Source: Eledone cirrhosa (Eukaryota). Taken from it: 64,000 nucleotides of DNA. A program made the position numbers and the translations under genes. This document shows, in pieces, positions 28,531 through 42,435 of this stretch (its first letter is position 1; every line of letters begins with the position of its first letter). The DNA is taken from positions 347,510,001-347,574,000 of the forward strand of contig OZ024740.1 of assembly GCA_964016885.1 (NCBI GenBank), written 5' to 3'. Under the pieces are notes generated by a model. The model did not search any database, had not been told where the DNA came from, and saw only the letters and a list, made by a program, of their open reading frames with translations.

Positions 28531-30090
28531 ATGCACAGGAATGAATACTGGACCAGAAACACATATAGTAATCTATTTGATATTACTATGGGTTCAAGCG
28601 ATTCCGCCCAAATTACTGATCTTGTGGGCCTCTTTCTCCTTTTCAACATAAATGCCTCCTTTCCCCACCTCAAAGGTGGTTTATATCGTGATGACTGTCT
28701 TCTTCTTTCTAACAACCTTAGCCTTTCAGAAATTGAAAAAAACAAAAAACATATTAGAACTTTCCTTAAAGACTATTATAATCTTCATATTACTTTTGAA
28801 AAAACAAGTAAAGTAGTAAATTTCCTAGATATAACTTTAGATTTAGCTACGGGTATCTACCAACCTTACCATAAACCAAACCAAAACTTACATTACATAC
28901 ACTCACAATCTAATCACCCTAAATCTATCCTTAAAAACCTTGCATATAATATATCACTTAGAATTTCTAACCTTTCTTCTAACCAAGATGTATTTGATAA
29001 AAATACGACCTTCTATAACGAAGCTCTAGATAGAAGTGGCCACAAAAATAGATTAGAATATATACCTTCTACTAAAAATACTAAAAGCATACAACCTAAT
29101 ATTACCAACAAACACCAAATGAAAAGTACACACCTAAATGCCACCCACACTATACCCCAAAATACCAAATCTTCTAATATAAAATATAGTAACTCTCAAA
29201 AAACTACTCATCATACAACTCTAATAAATATTAATAATAAAACTCCTAATAAAAAAGATAAAACACCTAAATCTACAAATATAACTAAAAATGGTTGTGG
29301 TGAGATCATTAACATTAATCCTCCTAGTAAACATCACGATACAACCTATAAAAATAATAAAAATAATAAACAACATAGAAACCGTAATAGACGGGTTACT
29401 TGGTATAATGCTCCATTTAATTTACAAATTAAGGATAATATTGCTAAAAAATTTTTTTATATCCTAGAGAAAAACTTCCCGCCAAACCACAAATACCATC
29501 AAATCTTAAATAGGTCTACAGTTAAATTCTCATACTCAACAACAAATAACATAAAACAAAATATAAGTGCCTATAATGCATATAAATGTAAGAAAACCAT
29601 AAGTATACCACCAGTACATCAAATTAACCATAATATCTCCTCAAATACAGAATTAACGAAAGGTTGTAACTGTAGAAACAAAGCAAACTGCCCATTAAAA
29701 GGGAATTGTCTTGTTAACAACATAGTCTATAAATGTAATGTTAAAACTAAAGATTCTATTTGCTCATATATAGGAGCTACCTCTAACAATTTTAAGACAA
29801 GGTTTAATACCCACAAGCATAGTTTTAAAAATGCCGCACTGGCTAATACAACATCTCTAGCAGAAAAAATCAATAGTTATAAAAATAAGAATATAGAATA
29901 TGATTTGACCTGGAGTGTGCTCAAAAGAGCCACCCCTTATCAAAATAATAGAAATGAATGTAGATTATGTTCCCAAGAACTATTTGAAATAATGAAATCT
30001 AAGGATATCCTATTAAATAAACGACAGGAATTAATTATATCGTGTAATCATAAACTAAAAAAAACATTTAAATATTATAAACCTAATTAA
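28531..30090 (+). CDS. PLE RT C-half/thumb + GIY-YIG, 519 aa, 5'-truncated (ATG supplied by the inverted repeat)
   Basis: FDITMGSSDSAQI, GLYRDDCL, NFLDITLDL, PYHKPNQ, SNHP, VTWYNAPF, CNCRNKANCPLKGNC, NIVYKC...SYIGAT, CRLCSQE. Confidence 0.9.
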   Translation: MHRNEYWTRNTYSNLFDITMGSSDSAQITDLVGLFLLFNINASFPHLKGGLYRDDCLLLSNNLSLSEIEKNKKHIRTFLKDYYNLHITFEKTSKVVNFLDITLDLATGIYQPYHKPNQNLHYIHSQSNHPKSILKNLAYNISLRISNLSSNQDVFDKNTTFYNEALDRSGHKNRLEYIPSTKNTKSIQPNITNKHQMKSTHLNATHTIPQNTKSSNIKYSNSQKTTHHTTLININNKTPNKKDKTPKSTNITKNGCGEIININPPSKHHDTTYKNNKNNKQHRNRNRRVTWYNAPFNLQIKDNIAKKFFYILEKNFPPNHKYHQILNRSTVKFSYSTTNNIKQNISAYNAYKCKKTISIPPVHQINHNISSNTELTKGCNCRNKANCPLKGNCLVNNIVYKCNVKTKDSICSYIGATSNNFKTRFNTHKHSFKNAALANTTSLAEKINSYKNKNIEYDLTWSVLKRATPYQNNRNECRLCSQELFEIMKSKDILLNKRQELIISCNHKLKKTFKYYKPN

Positions 30091-30582
30091 TAACATTATT
30101 TTAGAAATTAATTTAATTTAAATGTTAGTTAACCTATAAATTTAATTTAATTAAAATTCTACTACAGATGAGAATATAAAATATTGTGTAATCATAAATT
30201 GTGAAAACCCTTTAAATATTACTAATATATACTTAGTAATTTAATTTATAGATTAATTTTAATTTATTTAAACCTTTTATTAAAATTCCTTTACAGATAA
30301 AATATAACAAAATATCGTGTATCCAATGACAGAGAAATAATTTTTAGTATTATAGACCTAATTAATATACATTTTAGAAATATATTTATAATTTGGTTTT
30401 AAATTTAGTCAACCTAAAAATTTAATTTAATTGGCTTAAAATTAGTATCCTTATACAGACGTATTGCAGAGTGTCATGTAATCATAGAATGGGATGTGTT
30501 TTGGATGTATACCTAGTTAATATATTCTTTGCAATTTTTGAAAAAATATGTATATGTATGTATGTATATGTATGTGTATGTA

Positions 30583-30675
<93 letters not shown>

Positions 30676-31744
30676 ATGTATATGTATATGTATATGTATT
30701 AATTTTGATTTCTATTTGCATATAATTATATTCTGCTATTGATAAAATACAATATCTGTTTTATTTATTATATACCTAATTAACATATACTATAGAAATT
30801 AATATATAATTTTTAATTTAGTTAACCTATAATTTATATTCTACTACCGATGTAATACTTTATTTGTTTTTTCCCTATTACTAAATTCATTTCCTAATAT
30901 TGATACCATAACGTTAATAACTTTAATTTAGTTATACTATAATTAATACTCTACTACTATTTAACTTCAAAATTCTGCTTCAAATATTATAAACCTAACT
31001 AATTTACACCTTAGAAATCAATATGTTAACTATCTTTAGTTTAGTTAACATATAATTAATGGTATACTTATTTTGAAATGCATAATTTTGCCTTATTTCT
31101 TGTATTTCCTAACACTGAAACTATGTAAAAACATATATTGGGATCCAGATACAGATAATATTCTATGTTTCTTGAAACATATATTTACTATAATCCCCTT
31201 CTCCAACCCCCCCCTTTCCCCCATACTATTATCATCTGTGTTTGTAAGCGTGTATGTATGAATATATATGTAGGTAGCTGTATATATGTTTGGGTATTTA
31301 TATCTGAATATAAAAATACATATATGCGCATGCAAATAAGAATGTAAGATTGTGTGTGTATATATATGTGTGTATATATATATATATATGTATATGTATG
31401 CATGTGTGTGTATATATATGTGTATGTGTACATATGTGTATATGTGTATATGTGTATATGTGTGTGGGCGTGTATGTGTGTGTGTATATATATATATGTA
31501 TATGTGTGTGTATGTATGTGTATATATATATGTGTATATATATGTATGTCTCTCTATATATATGTCTATCTTCGTATCTATGTGGGTATATGTGTGTATG
31601 TACATGTATGCACATGTATATGTTTATGTGTATATGTGTGTATGTGTATATATGTACGTGTGCGCACATATATATGTGAGTGTGTGTGTGTGTGTATATA
31701 TATATATATGTGTATATCTATGTGTGTATATATGTCTATATTCG

Positions 31745-31775
<31 letters not shown>

Positions 31776-32334
31776 TATTTATTATTATAATATAACTTAT
31801 GTGTATGTGTGTATATGTGAGGGTGTGTATATGTATATATATGTATATATATGTGTAAAAATATATATGTGTATGTGTGTTTTTTGTGTGTGTGTATATA
31901 TATGTATGTATATATGTGTGTATGTGTGTGTTTGTATGTGTGTTTGTGGTTGTATGTGTGTGTGGGTGTATATATATAAATGTATATGTATGTATATATA
32001 TATATGTGTATATGTATCTCTATTAATGTGTGTATATATGTATATGTATATACCTTTTTCTTTGTATGTCTGAGTTGGGTGAGAGTGTAGTGGGTTTTGT
32101 ATGTATATACGCATATATGGATGCGTATGTATTTGTATATATGAGTATATGTAAGTGCGTATGTATGTATGAATATATTTCTATGTCTATGTATGAGTAT
32201 ATATGTGTGTGTATGTATGTTGTGTGTGTATGTATGTATGTGTCTATGTGTGTATATATATATATATATGTGTGTATATGTATGTATGTATGTGTATGTA
32301 TGTACATGTATGTCTATGTATATGTGTATGTATA

Positions 32335-32365
<31 letters not shown>

Positions 32366-32884
32366 CTTTATTTTATATATATGTGTGTGTGTGTATGTGT
32401 GTGTGTGTATATATATCTTTATATATGTGTATGTGTATGTTCGTGTAGGTGTATGTGTGTGTATGACTATATATGTATGTATGTATGTCTGTATGTATGT
32501 ATATGTATGTGTGTGTACATGTATGTATGTGTATGTATATATATGTGTGTATATGTGTATGTATATATATATATATATATATGTGTATATATATATATAT
32601 ATGTATATGTATCTCTATTTGTATGTGTATATGTGTATAGGTATATACCTTTTTCTTTGTATGTCTGAGTTGTGTGAGAGTGTAGTGGTGTTTCTATGTA
32701 TATACCGATATATGGATGCGTAAGTATTTGTGTGTATGTATGTATGTATGTCTGTATGTATTTGTGTGTATATATAGGTATGTATGTGTATATCTGTATG
32801 TATATAAGTATGTATGTGTATGTATATGTGCGTGTATGTGTATATATATGTGTGTCTATATATGTATGTGTGATTATATGTGTA

Positions 32885-32925
<41 letters not shown>

Positions 32926-33017
32926 GTATGTGTGTATATGTGTGTATGTGTGTATATGTATATGTTTATATATGTGTGTGTATGTGTGTTCTAAGTGTAG
33001 ATGTGTGTATATGTATG

Positions 33018-33068
<51 letters not shown>

Positions 33069-33701
33069 GTATATATATATTTTCTTGATATATTTCTTTT
33101 TTCTTTTTTCTTTTTCTTTTCTTTCCTTTTTAATTTTTATTTTTTATTTCTTAGTTTATAGATACATCTATAAATAAGCAGTCTGCCCAAACCGTTGAAT
33201 ACTGACCTCTCCCCCCCTCCCACCTAATTTCTGTATCTTGATCTAGATGTGTGTGGCAGTGTTTATGTGAGTGAATTAATATCCATGTGCTTATGATAAT
33301 ATTATATCCACATATATATATGTGTGTGGGGGTGTGTGTGTGTATGTATGTTCGTAATTATGTGTATGTTTATGCATATACGCGCGCGTGTGTGTGAGTG
33401 TACGGATATGTGTGAGTATGAGAATATGTGTATACACTTATTTCATATTTATGTGTCTATACGCATCTTATCTGTGCATTATAAACTTACAGAGACATTA
33501 ACCTTGAAATTTTGTATTTGCATGCATCTTTTTGGCATGCATATGCATGTTGAGCATACATCTTTGTATAAATATGTGTACGGGGTAGTTAAATGTATAT
33601 ACACACACCAAATTGCATAAAACCTTTTGTATTTTCATTGGTCAATTTTGTTCCCAAACGGACCTGAAATTTTGAATTGTTGTTATTATCAATAAATATA
33701 T

Positions 33702-33856
33702 TTCATTATTTCTGAAGACGGCGTATATGTGTGTTTGGTATGTATATTTAATCTTGATAGTTTGTATAATTTTGTATAATTTTGTACATAGATCTGTTGA
33801 ATATGCATGCCAATTCTAACACATATATATCCTAGAAACGATCGTTAAATAATGAA
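33702..33856 (+). ncRNA. Type-I hammerhead with 116-nt helix-II domain
   Basis: TTCATTATTT-CTGAAGA-cGG..TATATGTGT...ACACATATA..CCta-GAAA-CGATCG-TT-AAATAATGAA. Perfect 10-bp helix I. Confidence 0.85.
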
Positions 33857-34050
33857 CTTTTTTTGTTTAATATAAGGAACTGTTTCATTGTTTTATTCAT
33901 TATTTGTTTAATATTTTATCTTGACTCTGTATACCGTTTATCTTTCACCGAAAGTGATTTTTCATTACATCTCTTCTTTCCATGATATCCGGAATACATT
34001 GAGTTCTTCATACGGATTGGACACTACCGTAAACTCTTGGTAGATTTATC

Positions 34051-34098
<48 letters not shown>

Positions 34099-34153
34099 TA
34101 TACAAACATACACATACATACATGTACATATACACATATATACACACATACAC

Positions 34154-34244
<91 letters not shown>

Positions 34245-34456
34245 TACAAACATACACACATCCATACATATATATATACACACACACACACACATACACA
34301 TACACACACCCACATACATACATACCCACACGTACATACATCCATACATTCCTACACACATATATGTGTGTGTCTCATCGTTCACTCAGATATTCATGTG
34401 TATACATAAGAAGAGGGGGGGGGTAGTGAAATGGAATTTTACCTCCGAGTGTTAAT

Positions 34457-36068
34457 TCATTTTTTCGTGTTCAGTAGTGGTTTAAATTTTTCAATGAAGA
34501 ATTCTTCTTTATATCTGCGGAAATGTTCGTTATCCGACCATATCTTGAAGAAAGGGAAGATTGTGAATTTTCCCTTCCCGCATGATGCAAAGTGTGCGCT
34601 ACATGTGGTATTTCTGACTGTGGGGTCTTTAATCTGTTGTTTATGTACCCGGACTCTATCATGTAATCCCGTTCCGGTTTCCCCAATGTAATACTCTTTA
34701 CACTGTGGACATGTTGCGCAATATATTAGGTTTTTCGTTTTGCAGTTCATGTTAGCATTGACCTTGAAATTATCATGGTTTTTGAAAGACAACTGTTTGC
34801 CCTCTTCGATGAGTTCACAGGTTCCACATCTAGGGTCCCCGCATTTCGTCACTTGCATTGATTCCATGTTGGTCGTAAATTTTGCCTTGGTAATTAGTTT
34901 TTTAAGGTTGGGTGCTTGGCGTCTGCTATAAATTATCTGTGTGTTTTTTAAGAGTGCATTCATTTTGGTAGATTGCTGTAGAATCGGGAGATACTGCTTA
35001 GCAGTTTTCACAATGTTGATGTGTCCCTGGGTTGTGAGTGATGACAAAAGAGATAGCAGAGTTTTCTTTTTTATGTTGTGGGTTTGGTTTTCTCAGTGTT
35101 GTTATTGGGATGTTCTTAGCCTTGGAGATGGCTGCGTTGATGAGTTTCATCGGGTATTCTTGTTTTTTAAGGAATTTTTTCAGGTCACATAATCTTTTTT
35201 CTTGTAGTACGGGGTGTGTTGCTATAGTGCAGATGCGCCTTGCCATGTTGAAGGGAATGTTCCTTTTCGTATGTGAGGGGTGTGCTGACCGGAAATTTAA
35301 GTATTGGTGTGTGTCAGTGGGTTTGCAAAATAGGTCCGTTATGATATTTTCCCCTTCTTTAATGATGAGGATATCTAGAAAGGGCAGTTCCTTTTTGTTA
35401 CATTCCATAGTGAATTGTATAGCTTCATGAAGCCTGTTTAGGATCGAATAAAATTTTTGTAGGTCTGTTTGGCTTCTGTTCCAGAAGATGAAGCAGTCAT
35501 CTAGGTAACGTTTCCAGTTTTTATTAATGTAGAAGGCGAAGTCGTGACTGAATGTTATCTGTAGTTGGGAATATAATTTTGCCTCTAAGTGACCCATAAC
35601 GAGCGTTGCATATGTAGGGGCCACTTTGGTACCCATGGCTGTTCCTTTTATTTGTAGATAAAGTTCGTTGTCAAAGAGGAAGTGGTTGTTTTCCAATACT
35701 AATTTAAGTCCTTCCAAGATGAATTCTTTGGGGAATCTTTCTGAAATGTGACTTGAGTGTTTTGTAATCCAGAAGTCCACAGCTTCAATCCCTAGGTCGT
35801 GTGGGATGTTAGTGTACAGGCTTATTACATCAAAACTGACTAGGATTGTATCCTGGTGTACTTTTTGGGGATATAGTTAAGGAATTCCATATCATCTCTG
35901 ATGTAGCTTGGAACTTTTTTACATAGGGCTTTGAGTATGATGTCTAATAGGTTGCTTAGACGTTGTGTGCTTGAGGCTGGGCCAGCAATAATGGGGCGTA
36001 ATTTTAAGTCTGTCGGTTTTGGTGCTTCGATGTATGATGTATTTTTCCCTTTTATGTTGTTATATTCC
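34457..36068 (-). pseudogene. Neptune-type PLE RT + Cys motif + GIY-YIG, 2 frameshifts, 5'-truncated
   Basis: LRPIIAG, SFDVISLYTNIP, GTAMGTKVAPTYA, WKRYLDDCF, KPTDTHQYL..S.HP, CGDPRCGTC, NLIYCATC...YIGETG. Confidence 0.92.
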
Positions 36069-36069
36069 C

Positions 36070-36500
36070 GTACAGTGTTCGGCAACCATCGTTCAACACT
36101 GACAAAGGAACGATGAACTAGTTTCAAACTTATTAGCTATCGACAGCATCGTATACCTTCCTGTCAGATGATTGAACCTTTGAAAGTATATACTTTCCTT
36201 ATGCATATTAATGGCTGAGCAGCCTAATTTGCATATCGAGTGAGTTAGTCGGCCGGGCGTACAATAGCTAATAAGCGTGAAACTAGTTCATCGTTCCTTT
36301 GTCAGTGTTGAACAAAAGGGCAACGATGGTTGCCGAACGCTGTCCGGCTTAATTCGGGTTGTTTGTTTACAAACAAACCGAACATTATAATAAATGTCCA
36401 GTAAACCCATACGTACATATATATATGTGTACATGTATGTATATATATACATACTACTGTACGTCTGCATACATATATGTATGTACGTATACATACTTAT
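36070..36500. repeat. pLTR (-, 36070-36260, HHR 36111-36151) plus inverted partial copy (+, 36263-36500); same family as 1-870
   Basis: Minus HHR CGATG-CTGTCGA-tAGCT aata AGTTt-GAAA-CTAG-TT-CATCG. The plus copy matches 158-410. Confidence 0.8.
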
Positions 36501-36553
36501 ATATATATATATACATGTATATATATATATATATATATTGAGAGAGAGAGAGG

Positions 36554-36647
<94 letters not shown>

Positions 36648-36707
36648 GTTAGGTAGACAGATAGATCGATAAGTAGATAAATAGATAGATAGATAGAAAA
36701 ATAGGTA

Positions 36708-36758
<51 letters not shown>

Positions 36759-37618
36759 GTTATTCCGGGTTGAATCGGAGGTAACCACAGTAAGTAAGGT
36801 ACTCAATACATAGCAGAGTATAATAGTTTTAATATAGATGAGATTCTACAGGACTAGAACTGTTTCATTCATTAGAAATCATCAGGAATCTGGGTATCAA
36901 AAAATAAATATGGTATTTATAGGTCTCTACAAGTGGTAGGAGAGGGTGGGGAGTGGGATGGGTGCAGGTCATTGGTTGATAGAGAAGGGAATTCATTAAA
37001 GGCTAATTCTACATAGCTATAGTTAATTTATATTTATTTATGTTTTTAGAGTAACAAAGGCAGACAGAAATCTATAAACAAGTTCCGGATGGCATACCAT
37101 TCCTTGTCAATAAGTTTCTCTTAAGCTAGCAGATGTCTATAAAATCAGTGGGGGGTCATTCATGCTCGATAGAATTAAAGAAAAGGGAGATTCTTTAAAA
37201 GCTAAAGTCATTAAGTTCTGCTAAGTGACAAAGGTCTAGGGAATTCTGCAGACAGATTCAAAATACTGAGTGCATATCTTACTATTATCTTCGAACTTCT
37301 CTTAAACTAATCAACAATATGCCAAATCAACAGACACATTCACAAAAAAACAAAAAAACCCAAATAAAGCCAAAAAAACAGAAAAACAAAAAAAACCACA
37401 CCTAAAAAAAACCAAAAAAACACACATACTCACTCACACACTTACGCGCAACCATAAACACACACATAAACACAAATACACACATAAAAACACACACACA
37501 TATATAAAAAAAGTATATAAATATATACAAATATATATTCATGTACACGCACATACATACACACATACATACATACATACATATATAAAAATACATATAC
37601 ACATATACATACGCACAC

Positions 37619-37706
<88 letters not shown>

Positions 37707-37814
37707 ACATACATATACATATATACACATATATATATATATACACACATACACACACACACACATACATACATATATATATACATATATATATACACAC
37801 ACACATATATATAC

Positions 37815-37855
<41 letters not shown>

Positions 37856-37861
37856 CATACA

Positions 37862-37895
<34 letters not shown>

Positions 37896-38038
37896 CACAC
37901 ACACACGGATACACACACACATACACATACATACACACATACACACATATATATACACAAGTAAATACACTCACACGCATACATACAAACACGAGTATAC
38001 ATATGTATAAATATCTATACACACACACATACACACAC

Positions 38039-38097
<59 letters not shown>

Positions 38098-38449
38098 CAT
38101 ATACACACATACATACACACACACATACACATATATACACATACATATACATATATATACATATACATATATATACATACATATATATATACATGCACAT
38201 ATACATATACATATATATATATATATATACACACATACATACATACACACACACATACATACATACATATATATATATATCTCTCTTTATGTGCCTGTGT
38301 ATATGCGTATATTTATTGAGTACCTATTTACTTGTATGTGTATATATTTGTTTGTATATGTGTATATGTGTATGTGTTGTGTGTGTATATATATATGTAT
38401 GTGTATGTGTATATATATATGTATATGTATATATATATATATGTATATA

Positions 38450-38494
<45 letters not shown>

Positions 38495-38634
38495 ATGTAT
38501 ATATGTGTATATATATATATGTTTGTGTGAATACGTGTTTTATGTGTGTATATTTATGCAGGTATATGTTTGTATGTGTCTGTATTTATGTATGTATGTA
38601 TGTATGTGTGTGTATGTATGTATATATATGTGTG

Positions 38635-38669
<35 letters not shown>

Positions 38670-38859
38670 ATATATATATATGTATGTGTATGTATATGTA
38701 TGTGTATGTATATGTGTGTGTATGTATGTGTATGTATATGTATGTTTGTATATGTGTGTGTGTATATATTTGTCTGTATATATGTGTATATGTGTATATG
38801 TATGTGTATGTGTGTGTATATATATATATATATGTATGTGTATATATATGTATATATGG

Positions 38860-38899
<40 letters not shown>

Positions 38900-38982
38900 G
38901 TGTGTATATATATATATATATATGTGTGTATGTATATATATATATATATACGTGTGCGTGTGCGTATGTGTGTATATGTGTG

Positions 38983-39021
<39 letters not shown>

Positions 39022-39265
39022 ATTTGTATGTGTTTGTGTGTATGTATATGTATATATATGTGTGTATGTGTGTGTATCTGTGAGTGTATATGTACATATA
39101 TGTGTGTGTGTGTATGTACGTATGTGTATGTATATGTATGTGTATGTGTATATGCATGCGTGTGTATATATATATATATGTATATATATGTATATATATG
39201 TATATGTGTATGTATGTGTATGTGTATCTGTGTGTATGTATGTATTTGTATGTGTCTGTGTATAT

Positions 39266-39367
<102 letters not shown>

Positions 39368-39445
39368 GTGCATGAGAGAGAGAATGTGTGTGTGTATATA
39401 TATTTTGTGTGTGGGTGTGTGTATGTGTGTATGCACGCGTGTGTG

Positions 39446-39490
<45 letters not shown>

Positions 39491-39506
39491 ATGTGTGTGT
39501 GTATGC

Positions 39507-39560
<54 letters not shown>

Positions 39561-39665
39561 GTGTGTATGTATATATGTGTGTGTATTTGTGCGTTATATC
39601 TCTGTATATATATGTGTATATTTATGTATAGGTCTGTGTATGCATGTGTATGTTTGTGTATGTAT

Positions 39666-39736
<71 letters not shown>

Positions 39737-39737
39737 C

Positions 39738-39773
<36 letters not shown>

Positions 39774-39984
39774 TTGTATGTGTGTGTTTAGAGATATATA
39801 TATATATATGTATGTATGTATGTGTGTGTGTATGTATGTATGTGTGTATATATATATATATATATATGTATATGTATATGTGCATGTATATATATATGTA
39901 TGTATGTATATATATGTATATGTATATATATGTATATGTATGTGTATATATGTGTATGTGTGTGTGTATGTATGTGTGTATATG

Positions 39985-40033
<49 letters not shown>

Positions 40034-40176
40034 GTGTGTGTATGTGTGTGTGTATAGATATTTATACATATGTATACTCGTGTTTGTATGTATGCGTGTG
40101 AGTGTATTTACTTGTGTATATATATGTGTGTATGTGTGTATGTATGTGTATGTGTGTGTGTATCCGTGTGTGTGTG

Positions 40177-40207
<31 letters not shown>

Positions 40208-40212
40208 GTATG

Positions 40213-40253
<41 letters not shown>

Positions 40254-40359
40254 GTATATATATGTGTGTGTGTATATATATATGTATATATATATGTATG
40301 TATGTGTGTGTGTGTGTATGTGTGTATATATATATATGTGTATATATGTATATGTATGT

Positions 40360-40441
<82 letters not shown>

Positions 40442-41138
40442 GTGTGCGTATGTATATGTGTATATGTATTTTTATATATGTATGTATGTATGTATGTGTG
40501 TATGTATGTGCGTGTACATGAATATATATTTGTATATATTTATATACTTTTTTTATATATGTGTGTGTGTTTTTATGTGTGTATTTGTGTTTATGTGTGT
40601 GTTTATGGTTGCGCGTAAGTGTGTGAGTGAGTATGTGTGTTTTTTTGGTTTTTTTTAGGTGTGGTTTTTTTTGTTTTTCTGTTTTTTTGGCTTTATTTGG
40701 GTTTTTTTGTTTTTTTGTGAATGTGTCTGTTGATTTGGCATATTGTTGATTAGTTTAAGAGAAGTTCGAAGATAATAGTAAGATATGCACTCAGTATTTT
40801 GAATCTGTCTGCAGAATTCCCTAGACCTTTGTCACTTAGCAGAACTTAATGACTTTAGCTTTTAAAGAATCTCCCTTTTCTTTAATTCTATCGAGCATGA
40901 ATGACCCCCCACTGATTTTATAGACATCTGCTAGCTTAAGAGAAACTTATTGACAAGGAATGGTATGCCATCCGGAACTTGTTTATAGATTTCTGTCTGC
41001 CTTTGTTACTCTAAAAACATAAATAAATATAAATTAACTATAGCTATGTAGAATTAGCCTTTAATGAATTCCCTTCTCTATCAACCAATGACCTGCACCC
41101 ATCCCACTCCCCACCCTCTCCTACCACTTGTAGAGACC

Positions 41139-41146
41139 TATAAATA
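41139..41146 (+). promoter_or_regulatory. Candidate pLTR TATA box (CCAAT at 41085-41089)
   Basis: CCTATAAATACC ~25 nt upstream of the hammerhead; motif evidence only. Confidence 0.4.
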
Positions 41147-41168
41147 CCATATTTATTTTTTGATACCC

Positions 41169-41219
41169 AGATTCCTGATGATTTCTAATGAATGAAACAG
41201 TTCTAGTCCTGTAGAATCT
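41169..41219 (+). ncRNA. Canonical-core type-I hammerhead, GUA triplet (mirror copy 36841-36891, -)
   Basis: AGATTC-CTGATGA-tTTC taat GAAt-GAAA-CAG ttctagtc CTG-TA-GAATCT. Confidence 0.88.
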
Positions 41220-41340
41220 CATCTATATTAAAACTATATATATATATATATATATTGTTATACTTTGGGAGGGTCATGTTGCCAATAAGAAACACACTCT
41301 CCAGGTGCTTTCACTCCAATTTATTATAAATTAAATTTAT

Positions 41341-42282
41341 AAAATTTATGATCCCGATGGCTGGGCTAAAGTCGTTTCGACACCTGTTTCTGGACTATTA
41401 CCCAGTCTACTACCCTAAGTATTGAGTACTCTGGTGTGTTATGGTCCATCTGGTTCTTTACCACACCTCCTTCGTTATATATATATGTATATATATGTAT
41501 ATATATATATATATATATCGTTTCTGAATTTGTTTAGCAAGATTCTTTATCTCAAAACGTCTGTTGAAACCGATATTGTTATACATTGGGAGGGTCATGT
41601 TGCCAATAAGAAACACACGCACCAGTTGCTTTCACTCCAATTTATTATAAATTAAATTTATAAATTTAAGTATTTATAAATTTCCGGTTGGTTGGTTGGT
41701 TGGTTCCACAACCGGACGGTTTTTCATATATTGTCCAAGTTCTTTCGTCACACATTATGTGACCTCTTCAGTGACTGGGGATTCTTTTCTTTGTTTTATG
41801 CTTCTGCTTTGTTCGGTCCTACGCCGTCTTGTTTTGTGTGTGTTGACAACAGTCACTGAAGAGGTCACAGAATGTGTGACGAAAGAACTTTGACACTATA
41901 TGAACAACCGTCCGGTTGTGGAACCGGCCAACCAACCAACCGAAAATTTATAAATTCTTAAATTTATAAATTTAATTTATAATAAATTGGAGTGAAAGCA
42001 ACTGGTGCGTGTGTTTCTTATTGGCAACATGACCCTCCCAAAGTATAACAATATCGGTTTCAACAGACGTTTTCAGATAAAGAATCTTGCTAAACAAATT
42101 CAGAAACGATATATATATATATATTCATATATATACATATATATATAACGAAGGAGGTGTGGTAAGGAACCAGATGGACCATAACGCACCAGAGTACTCA
42201 ATGCTTAGGGTAGTAGACTGGGTAATAGTCCAGAAATAGGTGTCGAAACGACTTGAGCCCAGCCATCGGGGTCATACATTTT
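41341..42282. repeat. Inverted repeat, ~435-bp composite arms (41341-41777 / 41850-42282)
   Basis: Arms are diverged reverse complements, each containing pLTR family B, a (TA)n tract and pLTR family C. Confidence 0.9.
41852..41894 (+). ncRNA. Minimal hammerhead motif (family C; related GTCACA..TGTGAC-GAAAGAAC at ~54680-54712)
   Basis: GTCA-CTGAAGA-gGTCACA gaatg TGTGAC-GAAA-GAAC-TT-TGAC. Confidence 0.65.
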
Positions 42283-42378
42283 CCTATATATATATAATAC
42301 CAGTTTCAGCATTATATTCATTATCAATTGTGGATATGCAGAATATTGTTAAGTTGCATATTTGTACAAATAGTGATG

Positions 42379-42435
<57 letters not shown>

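Larger units (their letters stand above)
28163..34045 (+). mobile_element. Naiad-type PLE with inverted 5' pLTR copy, truncated ORF, 3.4-kb low-complexity UTR and 3' pLTR
   Basis: 376-bp inverted repeat 28163-28538 / 33472-33847 flanking an RT-GIY-YIG ORF; ends abut (TA)n. Confidence 0.88.
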
